Below, in pieces: positions 37,765-41,753 of a stretch of DNA of 41,753 nucleotides (position 1 is the first letter of the stretch; each line of letters begins with the position of its first letter). Made by a program: the position numbers and the translations under genes. The DNA comes from an uncultured Deferribacteres bacterium (GTDB lineage: Bacteria; Zhuqueibacterota; JdFR-76; BMS3Abin05), in contig CAZIYL010000002.1 of assembly GCA_964543425.1 (NCBI GenBank), positions 1-41,753 of the forward strand, written 5' to 3'. Under the pieces are notes generated by a model. It had not been told where the DNA came from and did not search any database. It saw nothing but the letters and a program-made list of their open reading frames with translations.

Positions 37765-38553
37765 TTACCCTCTCTGCAAATATCTAACAGAAAAATAGTT
37801 GGCCGGCACACCCGTGTTGATCTTCAAGTTCTTGAATTCCATTTTGCTGGTGTGGTCAATCTGGAGGTCGTGCGTTACCATGACCGTCGAGAACCAGACT
37901 CCGTTTATTTTTTTCACTTCGGGTACGGAAAGCTCTTTCCACTTTTTGCCGTCCCGATCGTAAAAAACTGCTTTGATGGTAGTGAACGTGTCCTTTCGAA
38001 TCCAGCGCGCGATTTTAGAGTAGCCGGTTTCTTTGGCGATTTTTGGCGAAGCAGCCGCAGCCAAAACCACAAAACACGGGTGTCCACTCACGGTTTCGTC
38101 CGGAAGCCGCTTGTACGTCCAGTCGTTAAGTTTAGGCTTGCCCATGTCGTAGTAGGTAAAATCGGAGGACATAAAATTGCCTCCTTTGCCGCTGGCGGTG
38201 ATTTTCTTCACCCGCCTTAGAGCAGGCAGGTAGAGATAGCGGTCATCGTCGCGATTCTGGTGTTCGATAGTCAAAAAGGCTGTGCCGCGAACATCGGGCG
38301 GCGAAATGATTTTGATCAGCATCATGCTTTCGTTTTCATTTTTCTTTTTGGAATAGAATTTCATATTGCGCACACGCGTTTCGCCCCGGCTCGTAGTCAG
38401 CGTCATGATGAGATCGCCGCTCATATCCTTCCAATTGGACCGAGACAGCACTTTTTTCATGATTTCTGTCCCGCTTGGTGACGAATTTGTCTGTGCCATT
38501 GCCAGGCTTGCAAAAACCGCGATACCCGCTAGACAAACAATGAATCGTTTCAT
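37765..38553 (-). CDS. Outer-membrane lipoprotein-sorting (LolA-like fold) periplasmic protein
   Basis: Signal peptide. The central region RGTAFLTIEH....DDRYLYLPALRRVKKI...GGNFMSSDFTYYDM is characteristic of the LolA-like family usually found next to MMPL/RND exporters. ATGA overlap with the RND gene. Confidence 0.82.
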   Translation of the reverse strand: MKRFIVCLAGIAVFASLAMAQTNSSPSGTEIMKKVLSRSNWKDMSGDLIMTLTTSRGETRVRNMKFYSKKKNENESMMLIKIISPPDVRGTAFLTIEHQNRDDDRYLYLPALRRVKKITASGKGGNFMSSDFTYYDMGKPKLNDWTYKRLPDETVSGHPCFVVLAAAASPKIAKETGYSKIARWIRKDTFTTIKAVFYDRDGKKWKELSVPEVKKINGVWFSTVMVTHDLQIDHTSKMEFKNLKINTGVPANYFSVRYLQRG

Positions 38554-40895
38554 TTTTTCCCTCCGATATGATTAAATTTCGGTTTTAAAATCATGAACAA
38601 CGTGGGCAAAATAGTCAGTGCTCCAAACGACGACCAAATCATCGTGAGCGTAATGAGTAATCCCATCAAACTAATGCCTTTAAAGACTGAAAACAGGAGA
38701 ATGGCAAATCCGGCGGCCACCGTAATGGCATTGATAAAAATTGCCACTCCGGTTTCTTCCATCGTTTGTTCCGTTGCCTTTTCATAATCGTGCGATTCGA
38801 GAAATTTCAAGCGATAGCGGTGGTAGAAGTGAATGGCGTAATCCACGCCTACCCCAATGGCAATGCTGGAGGTAATCATCGTCATCAAATTCAAATAGAT
38901 TCCAAACCAGCCCATGATGGCGAAATTCAGAAACATCGCAAAAAACAAGGGAAGCACGTTGAAAAGTCCTGCCGTCAGCGACCTGAACATCAAAGCCGTC
39001 AGCAGAAAAACCAGAAATAGCGAGACCGCAATGCTCTTCATTTGCCCGGAAACCACAAGGTCATTCACGGCCAGATACAGCTCGGACACGCCTGTGATAT
39101 CGGCGGGGATACCGTCAAAATGACGCCGAATAAAACCCCGCGTCCAGACATCAATGGCTTTTAAATCGGTGCGCCGGGAGGTTTTTAAAAATGCCGTCAC
39201 TTTTGCGTCCCGGTAATTGTAATCCACCAGATTGGCAAAATCTTCAGGCTTCCCCGACATTTCGTACAGCTGCAAATACTGGGCAATCAGCTCACGCCCG
39301 GGGACGGTAAAGGTTTTTTCAACCCACTTTCCGGTGGCTTCGTCAAAATAGCGCGAAGTTTCGGTTTCCTCTTCATTCGGAATGCGATAATAAGCCGGGT
39401 TGTTATTGTGAAGCACCTGGTTAATCCGACGAATAAAATCGGCCAGAGAGATCGTTCCTCCTACTTCGGGCAGGGTTTTAATTGAGTCTTCCAACATAGC
39501 CATTCGTTTAAGGACCGCCGGTTCCTTTATATAGCCGTTTTTATTCCCTTCCACAACCACATCAATATAATTTGATCCGGCGAAATGCCTGTTAATCTCT
39601 TCAGTTGCCCGGCGCAGCGGGTGATTCGGCGGGAAATTCTCAATGTCGCTGGATTCCAGTTTGATTTGCGGGATACCGGCAATGGACACGAGAATGATTA
39701 AAATAATTACAACCGCCGTTTCCCACTTATGTCGAATAAGAAATCGGGCGTAAACACGGCTAAACCTGTCCAGACGGTCTCCTGTTGCTTTTTTAGGAGC
39801 AGTGGGAATTTTCATTCGGGCAAGGCTGGCCGGAATAAATGTAAGCGAAAGCACCATTGCAAAAAATACACCTGTAGCGGTAAAAATTCCAAGTTGAAGA
39901 AGCGATGTTACCCGGGATGTGTCCAGCGCCAGAAAACCGACCATTGTGGTAATGGATGTCATAATAACGGGTCCGTATAGCTCCATCATAGTAAAATGAA
40001 CCAGTTTCTCGCGATCTCGAATGAAGCGCGAGTTGGAAAAATAGTGGTTCAAAATGTGAATCCCATCCGCTACACCGATCGAAATAAGTAAAATTGGCAG
40101 GATCGTTGTAGAATGAGATAAAGGAGCATGAACCAAGGCCATTACGCCCAGCGTCCAGATCACGCTGAAAATCACGACCCCAAGCAGAATAAGCACCATT
40201 TTAAGCCGTTTGAACCGGAAAAGCGGGATTAAAAATACCACCATAATGGCCAGCGGGAAAAGCACTCGCATGTCCCTGTCCATTCCTCTGGCCAGATAGT
40301 AATTTACAACGGGCTTTCCTGCAGCTAAAATTTTGTAGTTTTCCGTTTCTTTTTGGGTGATGCGAATGACCTCTTCGGCAACAGTCCGTGGCCTGATTGT
40401 TTTCTTTAAAAAAAGCATGATGCCGGCGGCTTTTTGATCATTGGAAACCAGGTTGCCGGTAAAGATGTTATCCGAAAGAAGCCGTTTTTTGTATGCTGCC
40501 ATTTGCTGTGGTGTCTTTGGAACGCTCCGGAGAACCTCGCGTACCTCCATTCCTTCTTCCGTGCCCGTAATAATTTTTGCGTTTGTGGGACTCATCACCG
40601 AGTAAATTCCCGGCAAGTCTTCAAAAATCTTTGTAAGGGAATCGATTTTAGCGATTACTTTGGGTTGAAATAAACTATCTGATTCTAAAACTACCAGAAT
40701 GAAATCACGGCTGGGGAAAATTTTCCCCACCTTGTCGTAGATCCGTTTTGCCGGAATCCCCTGGGGAAGCGCCGCAGAGATGTCCGTTTCCACCTTCATA
40801 TTTTTTATTTCGTACCCCAAAAAAAGAGTCATTAAAAATACGGCCGCCAAAATCCACCAGGCACGTTTAATAATGAATCGAAAAAAGGCATTCAT
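38550..40895 (-). CDS. RND-superfamily exporter, MMPL/HpnN-like (781 aa, two 6-TM bundles)
   Basis: Duplicated architecture: TM1, a periplasmic loop, then five TMs, occurring twice. SSD/MMPL-like helices (GVADGIHILNHY and GVGVDYAIHFYHRY). Confidence 0.9.
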   Translation of the reverse strand: MNAFFRFIIKRAWWILAAVFLMTLFLGYEIKNMKVETDISAALPQGIPAKRIYDKVGKIFPSRDFILVVLESDSLFQPKVIAKIDSLTKIFEDLPGIYSVMSPTNAKIITGTEEGMEVREVLRSVPKTPQQMAAYKKRLLSDNIFTGNLVSNDQKAAGIMLFLKKTIRPRTVAEEVIRITQKETENYKILAAGKPVVNYYLARGMDRDMRVLFPLAIMVVFLIPLFRFKRLKMVLILLGVVIFSVIWTLGVMALVHAPLSHSTTILPILLISIGVADGIHILNHYFSNSRFIRDREKLVHFTMMELYGPVIMTSITTMVGFLALDTSRVTSLLQLGIFTATGVFFAMVLSLTFIPASLARMKIPTAPKKATGDRLDRFSRVYARFLIRHKWETAVVIILIILVSIAGIPQIKLESSDIENFPPNHPLRRATEEINRHFAGSNYIDVVVEGNKNGYIKEPAVLKRMAMLEDSIKTLPEVGGTISLADFIRRINQVLHNNNPAYYRIPNEEETETSRYFDEATGKWVEKTFTVPGRELIAQYLQLYEMSGKPEDFANLVDYNYRDAKVTAFLKTSRRTDLKAIDVWTRGFIRRHFDGIPADITGVSELYLAVNDLVVSGQMKSIAVSLFLVFLLTALMFRSLTAGLFNVLPLFFAMFLNFAIMGWFGIYLNLMTMITSSIAIGVGVDYAIHFYHRYRLKFLESHDYEKATEQTMEETGVAIFINAITVAAGFAILLFSVFKGISLMGLLITLTMIWSSFGALTILPTLFMILKPKFNHIGGKK

Positions 40896-40913
40896 TTAAA
40901 AATCCTTTCTATT

Positions 40914-41519
40914 CTACTTTAATCCATGCTCTAATACCGCGGTAAATTGATTGATCATCTGAATGATTTCAGGCAGCGGCGTTTTGCGATGAATTTCCAT
41001 GTTTATCCCCATAATGACGCCGCCCAGAATTCGCCAGAAATTTTGGGGATCAATTATACCAAATGATTCTTCCTGCATTTTCCGGAAAAACCTATCTTCA
41101 AGCGGTTTTCGAAATTCAAGGTAGGTTTGTTTAAATTCCGCCAATTCAGTCGATTTTAATTGAATTTGTCCGCTTTCAAAGGGAAAATAAATATTGAAAA
41201 ACATTCGGTGCTCGGTAAAGTAGGATGCATAAAAAAGCAGCACCTTCCGAACCATTTTAATGAAATCCATTTCAGGTTCGATCGCCTGAGTAATTTGATT
41301 AAAAAAATTGCGCGTATTATCCTCGAGCAATTTTTGCAGAATTTCCTCTTTGCTCTTGAAATAATAATAAAGCGTGCCTTTGCCCAATTCCGCTTCCTGA
41401 GCTACATCGTCCATTGTGGCCTTGTGGAATCCCCTTTGGGCAAATACCCGAATGGCAGCATCCAGAATTAACTGCTGCCGTGCCAGGCGCTCCCGTTCTT
41501 TTCGATGACGAATCGCCAC
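40914..41519 (-). CDS. TetR/AcrR-family transcriptional regulator
   Basis: GTG start follows AAAGGGAG. The N-terminal [37 protein letters not shown] is the canonical TetR signature. Confidence 0.93.
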   Translation of the reverse strand: MAIRHRKERERLARQQLILDAAIRVFAQRGFHKATMDDVAQEAELGKGTLYYYFKSKEEILQKLLEDNTRNFFNQITQAIEPEMDFIKMVRKVLLFYASYFTEHRMFFNIYFPFESGQIQLKSTELAEFKQTYLEFRKPLEDRFFRKMQEESFGIIDPQNFWRILGGVIMGINMEIHRKTPLPEIIQMINQFTAVLEHGLK

Positions 41520-41538
41520 TTTTACAAACTCCCTTTTA

Positions 41539-41584
41539 ATTCGACTTAATAGTCGAATATAGAATATTTAGTCGATTTTGTCAA
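41539..41584 (-). promoter_or_regulatory. Sigma70-type promoter with overlapping candidate TetR operator
   Basis: On the - strand: TTGACA (41584-41579), a 17-nt spacer, TATATT (41561-41556). The inverted repeat attcgact-taat-agtcgaat (41539-41558) overlaps the -10 box and start site. A third agtcga half-site (41570-41575) lies in the spacer. Confidence 0.6.
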
Positions 41585-41753
41585 GACTTTTTTTAAAAAA
41601 AATTTTAAGCCACAGCTACACGAATTTAAACAAATTAATTTTACTTAAGTTAGAAGACCTAATAAGGGCAATTTTTTAAAATTTTTGTCTTTTTCCAGCA
41701 AAGCACAGAGATTCTCGGAGGTGACGAAAAACTTTTTCGTATAAATTGGTGTA

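Noticed and set aside
1-41753. Mobile elements, CRISPR arrays, defence-system genes
   Set aside because: I saw no transposase, integrase or recombinase-like ORF. I saw no terminal inverted repeats or regularly spaced direct repeats, and no nuclease/ATPase/helicase gene pairs typical of defence islands.

Overview
41.7-kb chromosomal segment of a diderm bacterium. It uses AGGAGG-type RBSs and at least one textbook TTGACA-17-TATATT promoter; the taxon cannot be fixed without a database search. I support about 30 protein genes. I found no rRNA, tRNA, CRISPR array, transposase or integrase. Layout: (1) 0.3-1.7 kb, an iron/oxidative-stress trio of a bacterioferritin-like protein, a cytochrome-b5-domain protein and a Fur-family regulator. 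(2) 1.8-7.5 kb, two secreted PDZ peptidases arranged divergently: a tricorn-like S41 giant protease and an M61 aminopeptidase. (3) 7.7-24.2 kb, a large envelope-glycan locus. It holds a TPR lipoprotein, a LolB/DUF4292-like lipoprotein, a GtrB/CsbB-type GT2, five GT-B glycosyltransferases, WecB, an unknown soluble protein, a Wzx flippase, a SAM methyltransferase and a YfhO-type membrane protein. An AT-rich cassette sits at about 16.9-21.7 kb. (4) ComEC. (5) A carbon block with a PPi-type phosphofructokinase, pyruvate kinase and, further on, an alpha-glucan phosphorylase. (6) radC, preceded by an octamer tandem array. (7) A frameshifted purple-acid-phosphatase-like metallophosphoesterase. (8) A 1.1-kb stretch with no credible ORF, dense hairpins and terminators pointing outward at both ends. 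(9) A tetR-RND(MMPL)-LolA-like-outer-membrane-barrel operon with a clear promoter and operator. The best candidates for something undescribed are the structured non-coding gap (35.3-36.5 kb), the uncharacterised RND/LolA-like/barrel trans-envelope system, the GtrB plus YfhO glycosylation pair in a diderm context, and the alternative-hairpin element in front of the distal glycosyltransferase genes. All family calls rest on motifs read by eye; no searches were run.
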